From positions 1,020,001-1,052,000 of the forward strand of contig NC_004460.2 in the NCBI RefSeq assembly GCF_000039765.1: a stretch of 32,000 nucleotides of DNA, in the 5' to 3' direction. This DNA comes from Vibrio vulnificus CMCP6 (GTDB lineage: Bacteria > Pseudomonadota > Gammaproteobacteria > Enterobacterales > Vibrionaceae). The stretch's first letter is position 1; the number at the start of each line of letters is the position of its first letter. The position numbers and the translations under genes were made by a program. Below are positions 1 through 6,932 of this stretch, piece after piece. Under the pieces are notes generated by a model. The model worked only from the letters and a program-made list of their open reading frames with translations. It had not been told where the DNA came from and ran no database searches.

Positions 1-1240
1 GCCCAACGAAGGCAACCCTCCGTTACTGCAAAAGAACGGAAAGATGATCAAGGTGAATTGCGACACCCTCGAACACACTGTCGCCCATGTTTACAAGATC
101 AGCGTGGACCCTTACATGGGTAAACTGGCGTATTTACGCGTGTTCCAAGGGGAGATCAACGCAGGTAGCCAACTCTATGTCGGCGAGAGCAATAAAGCGT
201 TTAAAGTCGGCCATTTGTATCAATTGCAAGGTAAGCAGCGCACGGAAATTTCACGCGCGTTAGCGGGCGATTTTTGCGTCTTGGCTAAAGTGGACGAGTT
301 GGAGTTTGATTCCATCGTGCACGACTCACATGACGAAGATGACGTGAGCTTGAAAACCCTTCATTTCCCCCAACCGATGTACAGCTTAAGCCTCAAACCC
401 ACCAAACGTGGCGATGAGCAAAAACTGGGCGAAGTGCTAAATCGTATTGTTAGTGAAGACCCTTCGCTGCGCTTAGAGCATCGCGCGCGCACCAATGAGA
501 CCATTTTAAGTGGACAAGGCGAGTTCCACCTCAAAATTGCCTTGGAAAAAATGGCAAGCGTATACAAGTTGGAGGTAGACACCGAACAGCCAAGCGTTGA
601 GTACTTTGAAACCATCACCAAACCCGCTGAAGGGCAATATCGCCATAAAAAACAAAGTGGTGGTGCGGGTCAGTTTGGCGAAGTACACCTCAGTGTGAAA
701 CCCCTTGAGCGAGGTGCGGGGTTCAAATTCGTCAACAAAGTAGTAGGCGGAGCCATTCCAACCTCATTGATTCCAGCGGTTGAAAAAGGCATCCATCAAG
801 CACTTGAAGAAGGGGCGATTTCGAATAATCCTATTCGCGACATTGAAGTCACGGTACACGATGGCAAATACCACTCGGTCGATTCTAAAGAGATCGCGTT
901 TGTCATCGCAGGTAAGAAGGCGTTTCTCGATGCCGTCAAGAAGGCAGACCCGATTGTATTGGAACCGATTGTTCAGTTGGAGCTGACCATTCCGACCAAT
1001 AACGTCGGGGATGTGACTGGCGATCTGTCTGGCAACCGTGGCCTCATTGAGGGCACAGAACCACAAGCGAACAACCTAACTTTAATCAAAGGCAAATCGC
1101 CGCTCAATGAGCTGCAAGACTATGCAAGAAAACTGCGCGCACTGACCGGCGGTGAAGGCAGCTTCAACATGTCGCTCAGCCACTATGAGCCCGCCCCACC
1201 AGCAGTGCAAAAAAGAGTCTGTGAAGAAACCACGTCCTAA
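1..1240 (+). CDS. Elongation factor G-like GTPase paralogue; the 5' end lies outside the window and domains II-V are present
   Basis: The reading frame stays open to the window edge (codons from nt 2: PNEGNPPLLQKNGK-MIK...). The translation is collinear with EF-G domains II-V, including KKQSGGAGQFGEV and the domain IV tip HDGKYHSVDSKEIAF. It is clearly diverged from housekeeping FusA as I recall it. Confidence 0.85.
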   Translation, partial: PNEGNPPLLQKNGKMIKVNCDTLEHTVAHVYKISVDPYMGKLAYLRVFQGEINAGSQLYVGESNKAFKVGHLYQLQGKQRTEISRALAGDFCVLAKVDELEFDSIVHDSHDEDDVSLKTLHFPQPMYSLSLKPTKRGDEQKLGEVLNRIVSEDPSLRLEHRARTNETILSGQGEFHLKIALEKMASVYKLEVDTEQPSVEYFETITKPAEGQYRHKKQSGGAGQFGEVHLSVKPLERGAGFKFVNKVVGGAIPTSLIPAVEKGIHQALEEGAISNNPIRDIEVTVHDGKYHSVDSKEIAFVIAGKKAFLDAVKKADPIVLEPIVQLELTIPTNNVGDVTGDLSGNRGLIEGTEPQANNLTLIKGKSPLNELQDYARKLRALTGGEGSFNMSLSHYEPAPPAVQKRVCEETTS

Positions 1241-1284
1241 ACGGAAAATTCAGTCACCGTAGACGTTTTTAGCCAACAACACCG

Positions 1285-1315
1285 CAAGGGAGCATCACGC
1301 TCCCTTGTTTATCGC
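1285..1315 (+). terminator. Rho-independent terminator after the EF-G-like gene
   Basis: A 9-bp stem CAAGGGAGC/GCTCCCTTG (1285-1293 and 1299-1307) with a 5-nt loop, followed by the T-rich tract TTTATCGCTTCTTTTT. Confidence 0.75.
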
Positions 1316-1409
1316 TTCTTTTTATTTGTTTCGTTGTAAATTGTCTGTACGTAAATGGCTTCTTCGTTTATTGCTTGCTGGCCAAGCAACCGTCGCGGCC
1401 ATCTTTTGA

Positions 1410-1607
1410 CTAACGTTCTTTCGGTTCAGCAATTTGATAGAGCTTATGTTCCGAGCAGGCAGTTTCACAGTTGCAAACTTTATCCACCCCGACGGTATTT
1501 AAACCACCACAACTGCCTTGAATCGCTTTGCGTTTGAACATCACACCAATCGCCATCAAGCCAATCACCAACAGAAAAACGCCGAATGTCACCAACAAAT
1601 TCACCAT
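1410..1607 (-). CDS. nqrM: NqrM-like (DUF539) single-pass membrane protein with a Cys-rich tail
   Basis: This 65-aa protein has an N-terminal TM helix (LLVTFGVFLLVIGLMAIGVMF) followed by KRKAIQGSCGGL...KVCNCETAC, the pattern I recall for the Na+-NQR maturation factor NqrM. An AAGGGGA Shine-Dalgarno sequence lies upstream, and the start is 1 nt after the upstream gene's stop. Confidence 0.7.
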   Translation of the reverse strand: MVNLLVTFGVFLLVIGLMAIGVMFKRKAIQGSCGGLNTVGVDKVCNCETACSEHKLYQIAEPKER

Positions 1608-1608
1608 G

Positions 1609-2061
1609 TTATCCCCTTGGACGAATGCGTAATATGGGTGAACAAACCCTTTGATTTGGTTCGCGCGTGGCCACCTTGTTCACCTTGCTCTGCGGGCGAC
1701 AAGCCGATCCACACTGAGAATGAGACCGACATTCACGGCCTTGTGTTGCAGAAGTCATGGGCGTTTTTACTGCGTTGCTCACCTCGTGCAGTGAACAACG
1801 ACCTGCCAGTTGATAGACGCTCACCCCTTTTGACAGCAGTTTGGCTAACGATTTCTGACCAATATTTTTCACCATCAGTTGTGTCACGCCTGCGGCTAAA
1901 AGTTGCTGAACACAACGCGCTTTCTTGGCGCACTCAGCTTGATTGAACGCAGGGTTGGCAAGATACGCCACCACCTCTCCAACGGAATTGATCAACGCGA
2001 ATCGCTCCGCTTTCATAAAGTGTCCAGAGATTTTGTCCTGATGTAATGGAATCGCAATCAT
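1609..2061 (-). CDS. NifB/NifX/NifY-type (dinitrogenase FeMo-cofactor-binding fold) domain protein with a Cys-rich C-terminal tail
   Basis: The 150-aa N-terminus, MIAIPLHQDKISGHFMKAERFALIN...VTQLMVKNIGQKSLAKLLSKGVSVY, resembles small NifX-like proteins. The tail carries C-x5-C-x3-C (ECRSHSQCGSAC). The start codon overlaps the upstream stop (ATGA at 2058-2061). Confidence 0.7.
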   Translation of the reverse strand: MIAIPLHQDKISGHFMKAERFALINSVGEVVAYLANPAFNQAECAKKARCVQQLLAAGVTQLMVKNIGQKSLAKLLSKGVSVYQLAGRCSLHEVSNAVKTPMTSATQGRECRSHSQCGSACRPQSKVNKVATREPNQRVCSPILRIRPRG

Positions 2062-2360
2062 GCTTCCTTCTCCTTATCTTGACTTTGATTGGGCAAGGTC
2101 AGCACTTTGCCTTCCACCAAACACAACGCCACTTTGTTTCGCGCTCGCTTGATGATGTTGCCAAACGTCTGCCTCGACACCCCCATACTCTGAGCCGCTT
2201 CAAGTTGATGCAGTTGCAATACGTCCGCCAGTCGCAGGGCTTCAAGTTCATCGGCTTCTAGAGCAATGCGCGGCAAATTGTGTGCAGGTATCCCATTGGG
2301 CTTAAAGCAGCTGGCTTTTGGCAAACAACCAATGGTGCGGGGCTTTTTCGGTCTTGGCAT
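2058..2360 (-). CDS. UPF0251 / DUF134 family putative DNA-binding protein
   Basis: The internal start MPRPKKPRTIGCLP... (ATG at 2360) is preceded by a GAGGAGG Shine-Dalgarno sequence. The sequence carries the N-terminal MPRPxKxR motif typical of DUF134 and an HTH-like SMGVSRQTFGNIIKRARNKV segment. The upstream 16-codon extension in the ORF track lacks a ribosome-binding site. Confidence 0.8.
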   Translation of the reverse strand: MPRPKKPRTIGCLPKASCFKPNGIPAHNLPRIALEADELEALRLADVLQLHQLEAAQSMGVSRQTFGNIIKRARNKVALCLVEGKVLTLPNQSQDKEKEA

Positions 2361-2400
2361 CGGTGCCTCCTCAATATGACAAGCGCACTGTAGATTTATA

Positions 2401-2416
2401 ATTAGCATATGCCAAT
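2401..2416 (-). promoter_or_regulatory. Candidate operator palindrome in the promoter region of the DUF134 operon
   Basis: ATTAGCATATGCCAAT is 14/16 self-complementary with a perfect GCATATGC core. On the minus strand it directly abuts a -10-like TATAAA, about 40-55 nt upstream of the DUF134 ATG. Confidence 0.3.
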
Positions 2417-2434
2417 AACATTAACCTTAGATTG

Positions 2435-2466
2435 CAAAAACAACAAAAGCCGCGCTGGCGGCTTTT
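2435..2466 (-). terminator. Rho-independent terminator after the 64-aa ORF
   Basis: GCCGC/GCGGC stem (2449-2453 and 2458-2462) extended by A:T pairs, with a 4-nt loop. On the minus strand it is followed by TTTTGTTGTTTTTG. Confidence 0.75.
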
Positions 2467-2498
2467 GGAATGGATTAAAGGAAGCAAAAAACTCGGTG

Positions 2499-2693
2499 CT
2501 ATTTATCGATGCTCAGTCCGAGCTGGGTAATTCTTGCTTCAAAGTCAGCAAGGCTTTCCGCTTTGTAGGTGGGTGAGCCATTGAAGTATCTTGGTTTTTC
2601 AGGCCGCATGGCATTTTTCAGTTCCTGCTCCTGCTCTAGATTGTCATGATACACGGTGACTCGATTTGGAATGTCTTGCTTTAGTCTTGCCAT
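2499..2693 (-). CDS. Small hypothetical protein (64 aa)
   Basis: A strong AAGGAG Shine-Dalgarno sequence lies 6 nt upstream of the ATG, and the gene has its own downstream terminator. I recognise no family. Confidence 0.6.
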   Translation of the reverse strand: MARLKQDIPNRVTVYHDNLEQEQELKNAMRPEKPRYFNGSPTYKAESLADFEARITQLGLSIDK

Positions 2694-2868
2694 TACGATC
2701 TCCTTTCTGACGTTGGAATCTAAAGCGTAGTCAAGGCCACCACGATGTCAAAGTTGCCTTAGTTTGCTGTTTTATCAGTAAAATCGCTAATCCCTTGCCA
2801 GCAGAGAAAAAATTCAAAACGCCAGCGCGTTGGCGATGTCGTTTGAAGATCAAATTTGTGATTGGCTG

Positions 2869-2894
2869 CAAAAAAGCCTCTTTAAAAGAGGCTT
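2869..2894 (-). terminator. Rho-independent terminator after cytochrome c peroxidase
   Basis: AGCCTCTTT/AAAGAGGCT hairpin (2875-2893) followed on the minus strand by a U6 tract. A second weaker hairpin (CGCCA/TGGCG, about 2821-2836) with a T-rich tail follows. Confidence 0.8.
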
Positions 2895-2904
2895 TGAAGA
2901 GCGG

Positions 2905-3891
2905 TTAGATTTGTGGTCGCGCCGTTTCAATCGTAGACGGTGGTAAATGCGGCAAAACGATTTGCGGCTGTTCACCCGTCAGAGATTTGAGAAACTCGGT
3001 GATTTTACCAGACTCATCTTTGGTCAGTTTTTGCCCCAACTGAATGTCTGCCATCACTTCTACCGCTTCTTGAAGATCCCACACTGAGCCGTCGTGGAAG
3101 TAGGGGTAGGTGAGCTCAATATTGCGTAATGTCGGCACCTTAAAGACAAACTCATCGAACTCTTTGCCAGTAATCGCCTTGCGCCCTACATCTGGATTGG
3201 CGGTTTCAAAAGGCTTTACTAACCCCATTTTTTGGTACATCTGCCCTCCGGCTAAGGGCCCGCTATGACACGCCGTACACCCCTTCGCTTTGAACAGCTC
3301 ATAACCTTCCACTTGGGCCGTGGTGAGCGCGCGGTCTTCCCCTCTTAACCACAAGTCAAACGGTGCATTGGGGGTACGAAGCGTTTTCTCAAAGGTCGCG
3401 ATGGCGTCCGTAACTTGCTCTAAGGTGAACTCTTCCACCCCATACGCTTGTTTGAACCAAGTGCGGTATTGAGGAATCGATTTCAAGGTATCGATCGCCA
3501 ACTGATGGGTGAATGCCATCTCTAGCGGATTCTCAATCGGCCCTGCGGCCTGCTCTTGAAGATCTTTGGCGCGACCATTCCAGAACTGCACGAAGTTGAG
3601 ATCCGAGTTAAACACCGTGGGTGAATTGATCGGCCCAATCGCCCATTTATGTCCAATGGAGCTTGGCAGGTTATCCACCCCACCCTTGGCCACGTTATGG
3701 CATGAGTTACACGAAATGGTGTTAGAGGCTGATAGTCGAGGCTCAAACCATAAGGTTTTTCCCAATTCAACTTTCTTCGCATCCAACCCAACAATCGGAT
3801 CAATCACTTTGATCGGTTCTTGCGCCTGACGTTCTGCCAAGGTCGCAAATGACACGACAGATAAGAGACTCACTGCAATGATTTTTTTCAT
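2905..3891 (-). CDS. Di-haem cytochrome c peroxidase (periplasmic)
   Basis: 328 aa with a signal peptide (MKKIIAVSLLSVVSFATLA) and two CxxCH haem motifs (CNSCH and CTACH). The conserved blocks FWNGRA, GPIENPLEM and PTLRN and the length are typical of bacterial CCP/MauG-family peroxidases. AAGGAAG Shine-Dalgarno sequence. Confidence 0.92.
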   Translation of the reverse strand: MKKIIAVSLLSVVSFATLAERQAQEPIKVIDPIVGLDAKKVELGKTLWFEPRLSASNTISCNSCHNVAKGGVDNLPSSIGHKWAIGPINSPTVFNSDLNFVQFWNGRAKDLQEQAAGPIENPLEMAFTHQLAIDTLKSIPQYRTWFKQAYGVEEFTLEQVTDAIATFEKTLRTPNAPFDLWLRGEDRALTTAQVEGYELFKAKGCTACHSGPLAGGQMYQKMGLVKPFETANPDVGRKAITGKEFDEFVFKVPTLRNIELTYPYFHDGSVWDLQEAVEVMADIQLGQKLTKDESGKITEFLKSLTGEQPQIVLPHLPPSTIETARPQI

Positions 3892-4106
3892 CGTTACTTC
3901 CTTTCTCGAGAGTTATTCCAATCTCACTAGAGCTGCGCATTTCTTGACCGATGCGCTTTGGCAAGTAACTTAAAGCAAACGATTTTGCGGTGATAACGCA
4001 AAAAAACGATGGTTTTTATGACAAAAATCGATGTTAAAAGCGCGTAATCTGCACAAAGCTTGTGCACTCTTTCATCGCGCGCGTCGATTTACTATTTATT
4101 TACATT

Positions 4107-4148
4107 TTTATAAAGAATGTAATCGACGCCTTTGTTGATGCAAATCAA
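4107..4148 (-). promoter_or_regulatory. Putative class II FNR-type promoter reading toward the cytochrome c peroxidase gene
   Basis: A perfect FNR consensus TTGAT-N4-ATCAA lies at 4135-4148. Exactly 22 nt downstream on the minus strand is a TATAAA -10 hexamer (4107-4112), the spacing expected for a site centred near -41.5. Confidence 0.55.
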
Positions 4149-4171
4149 TTCCGCTATTGAGCAAATTCGCA

Positions 4172-4519
4172 TCAAACTGAAATCATCACTTTGGTCCACG
4201 CGACGATCAATAACGAAGCCGCCATCAACCAAATCACCGTCGCGGCAGAAAGTGTCGTCACCAGACTGAAGCGGTAACTAAAATAGTAAACGGCAGCAAG
4301 ATAGGCGGCATAAGGCAACAGAGACCAAAGACCAAATAGCGCGGTTTGGCGCAAGTCTTCCATACTTCTTTCACTGCCTACAATGAAGTGCGCAATCAGG
4401 GCAAAGGTGGGAAATAAAGGCACTAAGCCTGCAATGTAGAAGTTTTTGCTTTTCGACAACAGCGCAATAATGACCACAGCCGCCGCGCCCAACAAAGATT
4501 TTAGAAACAAACTGATCAC
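4172..4519 (-). CDS. glpM: GlpM family inner-membrane protein
   Basis: The translation (LLGAAAVVIIALLSKSKNFYIAGLVPLFPTFALIAHFIVGSERS...) closely parallels E. coli GlpM as I recall it. I prefer the GTG start at 4519, which follows GGAAGG, over the TTG at 4573 used by the ORF track. Confidence 0.85.
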   Translation of the reverse strand: MISLFLKSLLGAAAVVIIALLSKSKNFYIAGLVPLFPTFALIAHFIVGSERSMEDLRQTALFGLWSLLPYAAYLAAVYYFSYRFSLVTTLSAATVIWLMAASLLIVAWTKVMISV

Positions 4520-4648
4520 CGATGCCTTCCCTTTTTGATCTTGATTGGTCAAATCGTAAAAGATCAAGCGCAAGAAACCAGCAAGAGAAACGCAAGATTC
4601 TCATCAAATGAGAATCTTTGAAAAATCAAGCGAGTGAGGGCTTCAAGC

Positions 4649-4969
4649 CTAGTCGAGATGAACGCGAAAGGTTAACAACGGCTTTCTTAGCCATCGGGGA
4701 TGTTCGACAATCTCAACCCGATCCCCCACCAATATTTGCCCCTTGCGCGGCACTTCCATTTGAAGAGTATCGCCATTTTGCAAGATGACATTGACCAAGG
4801 TATGCGGCTGAGTAAATTCATCGTCATAGCCGATTGCCGTTTCAGACACCTGTCCCCAATGCACCACAGGCTGTGACGAATAGAGGTTAACTTTGAGTAC
4901 GATGAGCAGAGCCAATGCGGCAATCAGGAGCAGACGACGAGTAGAAGGTCGTCTTAAGTGAATGGACAT
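4649..4969 (-). CDS. Hypothetical membrane-anchored protein (106 aa)
   Basis: The internal ATG at 4969 is preceded by GGAGGA. The N-terminus has a positively charged segment plus a TM helix (RRLLLIAALALLIVL). No family recognised. Confidence 0.6.
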   Translation of the reverse strand: MSIHLRRPSTRRLLLIAALALLIVLKVNLYSSQPVVHWGQVSETAIGYDDEFTQPHTLVNVILQNGDTLQMEVPRKGQILVGDRVEIVEHPRWLRKPLLTFRVHLD

Positions 4970-5114
4970 AACGAATCCTCCATGGGCGTTGAAAGGATTG
5001 AACAGCAACAGAGCTTTTCGGTTATTTTTCCACCATAACACAGTTATTTAGCAGACAACGTCGCGCCGTCGTTGATTTCCGATACAGCTCAACAAACCGG
5101 CTCTCGCGTTAGCA

Positions 5115-5144
5115 TGCAAATTTGAATTTCTCTAATTCCTGCCC
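5115..5144 (+). repeat. Copy A of a 30-bp conserved upstream element
   Basis: TGCAAATTTGAATTTCTCTAATTCCTGCCC matches 8946-8975 at 26/30 positions, with the first 18 nt identical. A second short block, ATAATTCC, starts 49 nt downstream of the element's first base in both copies. Confidence 0.8.
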
Positions 5145-5234
5145 TTTTCCATCAAAGCGCTGAATAATTCCCTCATCGGTTAACCAGCGGCATAGAGCCA
5201 CTTGGTTGCTCCTCACTACAAAAGGTAAACAACA

Positions 5235-6875
5235 ATGTCTGTCCTGAAAAAGAACACCTCAAAATTCGCCTTTAGTTTGATTGCCTTCGCCATTTTGGCA
5301 GGCTGCGACAGCACAACCACACTAAACGAGACGCAAGAGAAGCGCTCCACTCACACCACTCAAGCAAACGCTGACCAACCCAGTTATCGCGTGGGTGAGT
5401 GCCGCATCGATTCAATGCCCCCACTGGCCAATGTGCGTTATACCGAAGCTCAGCGTAGCGATACTCACTGCATTGTTCGTGGCGTCATTGAACGTGAAAT
5501 TCACTTCCAAGTAACCTTGCCAGATGATTGGAATGGCATGTTTGCCCAAAGCGGCGGCGGCGGTTTTGTTGGCTCGGTAGTGGACGTGATTCACCTTGCG
5601 ACTCATGACAAACGCTACGCGACCGCAGGCACAGATTCCGGCCACCGAGCGCACGCATTGGAGTCGAATTGGGCGGCACAAAACCCGTATCGAGAGGAAC
5701 GTTTGGCCAACTTTGCTGGACGTGCTACCCATTTAACGACGCAAAATGCCAAGCAAATTATTGCAAGCTACTACCAGCAAGAAAGCCAACGTAACCTCTT
5801 TTTTGGTTGCTCGCGTGGTGGTGGTGAAGGCTTGATCGCCGCACAGCGCTACCCAACGGATTACGACGTGATTGTCGCAGGCTCTCCAGCCTATGACTAC
5901 GCCATCCAGACGGGCGGATTGCATGCGGCCATCGCGCGCAAAATGTTCCCAAATCCAGACAACATGCAACACGCGATTGTGGGTGCAAAAGAGATCGAGT
6001 TAGTGAATCGTACAGCGGCGCAACAATGTGCCAACCGCGATGGCCGAGACAGCGAGGTACTGAGCGAACCTTGGAACTGCCACATTGACTTTGCCGCTCT
6101 GCAATGCAGTGCGGACAAGAATGATGAGTGCCTCACTGGCGATCAGATTGAAGTGTTTGATCTTGTCTTCAATGGGCTGCGTGACAGCCAAGGCAATGTG
6201 CTGGCCGAGGGTTTCTACGTAGGTGCGGAGGTGGAGATGTTTAACAAATGGCTCGCGGGCGGTTTGGCCATCAATGACTTGAGTCAATTTCAATCTGGCG
6301 TGACGATTGACCCCGACATGACGCCACCGGTGACACCGAGCTTTGGCTACGCGTTTGGTAACGGCATTATGCGCAACTTTGTTTTTGATGGTGAATTTGA
6401 TGCGACAAGCTACAACTTCGATAATCTGCGTAAAGATGGCGCTAAGGTGACTGAGTCGATCAGTGCAGTAAACCCAGATTTGAGTGCATTTCGTCAACAA
6501 GGTGGCAAATTGCTCTTGTGGAATGGCTTGCGTGATGTCGCGGTGACGCCGGCCAGCACCATTCGCTATTATCAAGATGTGTTAGCGCACGATCCAAAAG
6601 CCGCGAACGATGTGGCGCTGTTTTTGCTGCCGGGTATGGACCACTGTGCAGGCGGCGCAGCACCTTGGCTTGTCGATTGGATTGACGAAGCAAACCTGTG
6701 GTTAGACAGTGGCAACGCCCCTACAGAAATCATCGCGCATGATTTTACGCCAACCGAAGGCTTGAGCGGCAACGGTAAGATTTGCGCCTTCCCCGATGTC
6801 GCCATGTGGGACGGTAAGGGAGACCCGCGCAGTGCCGATAGCTTCCGCTGCGAACCCCCTGAGCAAACGCAATAG
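5235..6875 (+). CDS. Tannase / feruloyl esterase family alpha/beta hydrolase, predicted lipoprotein
   Basis: 546 aa with a lipobox (ILAGC). It carries the family nucleophile motif GCSRGGGEG and the late PGMDHCAGG (His-Cys) motif characteristic of tannase/feruloyl esterases. Confidence 0.85.
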   Translation: MSVLKKNTSKFAFSLIAFAILAGCDSTTTLNETQEKRSTHTTQANADQPSYRVGECRIDSMPPLANVRYTEAQRSDTHCIVRGVIEREIHFQVTLPDDWNGMFAQSGGGGFVGSVVDVIHLATHDKRYATAGTDSGHRAHALESNWAAQNPYREERLANFAGRATHLTTQNAKQIIASYYQQESQRNLFFGCSRGGGEGLIAAQRYPTDYDVIVAGSPAYDYAIQTGGLHAAIARKMFPNPDNMQHAIVGAKEIELVNRTAAQQCANRDGRDSEVLSEPWNCHIDFAALQCSADKNDECLTGDQIEVFDLVFNGLRDSQGNVLAEGFYVGAEVEMFNKWLAGGLAINDLSQFQSGVTIDPDMTPPVTPSFGYAFGNGIMRNFVFDGEFDATSYNFDNLRKDGAKVTESISAVNPDLSAFRQQGGKLLLWNGLRDVAVTPASTIRYYQDVLAHDPKAANDVALFLLPGMDHCAGGAAPWLVDWIDEANLWLDSGNAPTEIIAHDFTPTEGLSGNGKICAFPDVAMWDGKGDPRSADSFRCEPPEQTQ

Positions 6876-6900
6876 CGCCAAGTAGACCTTTGCAAATTCG

Positions 6901-6932
6901 AGCAGGCTCTCCACGTTGAGAGCCTGCTTTTT
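6901..6932 (+). terminator. Rho-independent terminator after the tannase-family gene
   Basis: An 11-bp stem AGCAGGCTCTC/GAGAGCCTGCT with a 6-nt loop, followed by TTTTTATT. It abuts the stop codon of the convergent LysR gene. Confidence 0.85.

Noticed and set aside
4594-4618. 11-bp hairpin AAGATTCTCAT-CAA-ATGAGAATCTT between the 106-aa ORF and glpM
   Set aside because: It has no U-tract on the minus strand, and it sits inside what looks like a two-gene unit. It may be an mRNA-processing or stability element, but nothing distinguishes it from an incidental palindrome.
5115-5144. Reading the shared 30-bp element as a sigma-54 promoter or a CRP site
   Set aside because: On the reverse strand TTTGCA is present, but no GG dinucleotide lies at the -24 spacing. 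TGTGC...GAATT in copy B is a poor match to TGTGA-N6-TCACA and is absent from copy A. I therefore left the element unassigned.
6000-6575. 191-aa antisense ORF inside the tannase-family gene
   Set aside because: It lies entirely within a strongly supported plus-strand CDS, and its translation has no family resemblance. Long antisense ORFs are expected by chance at this GC content.
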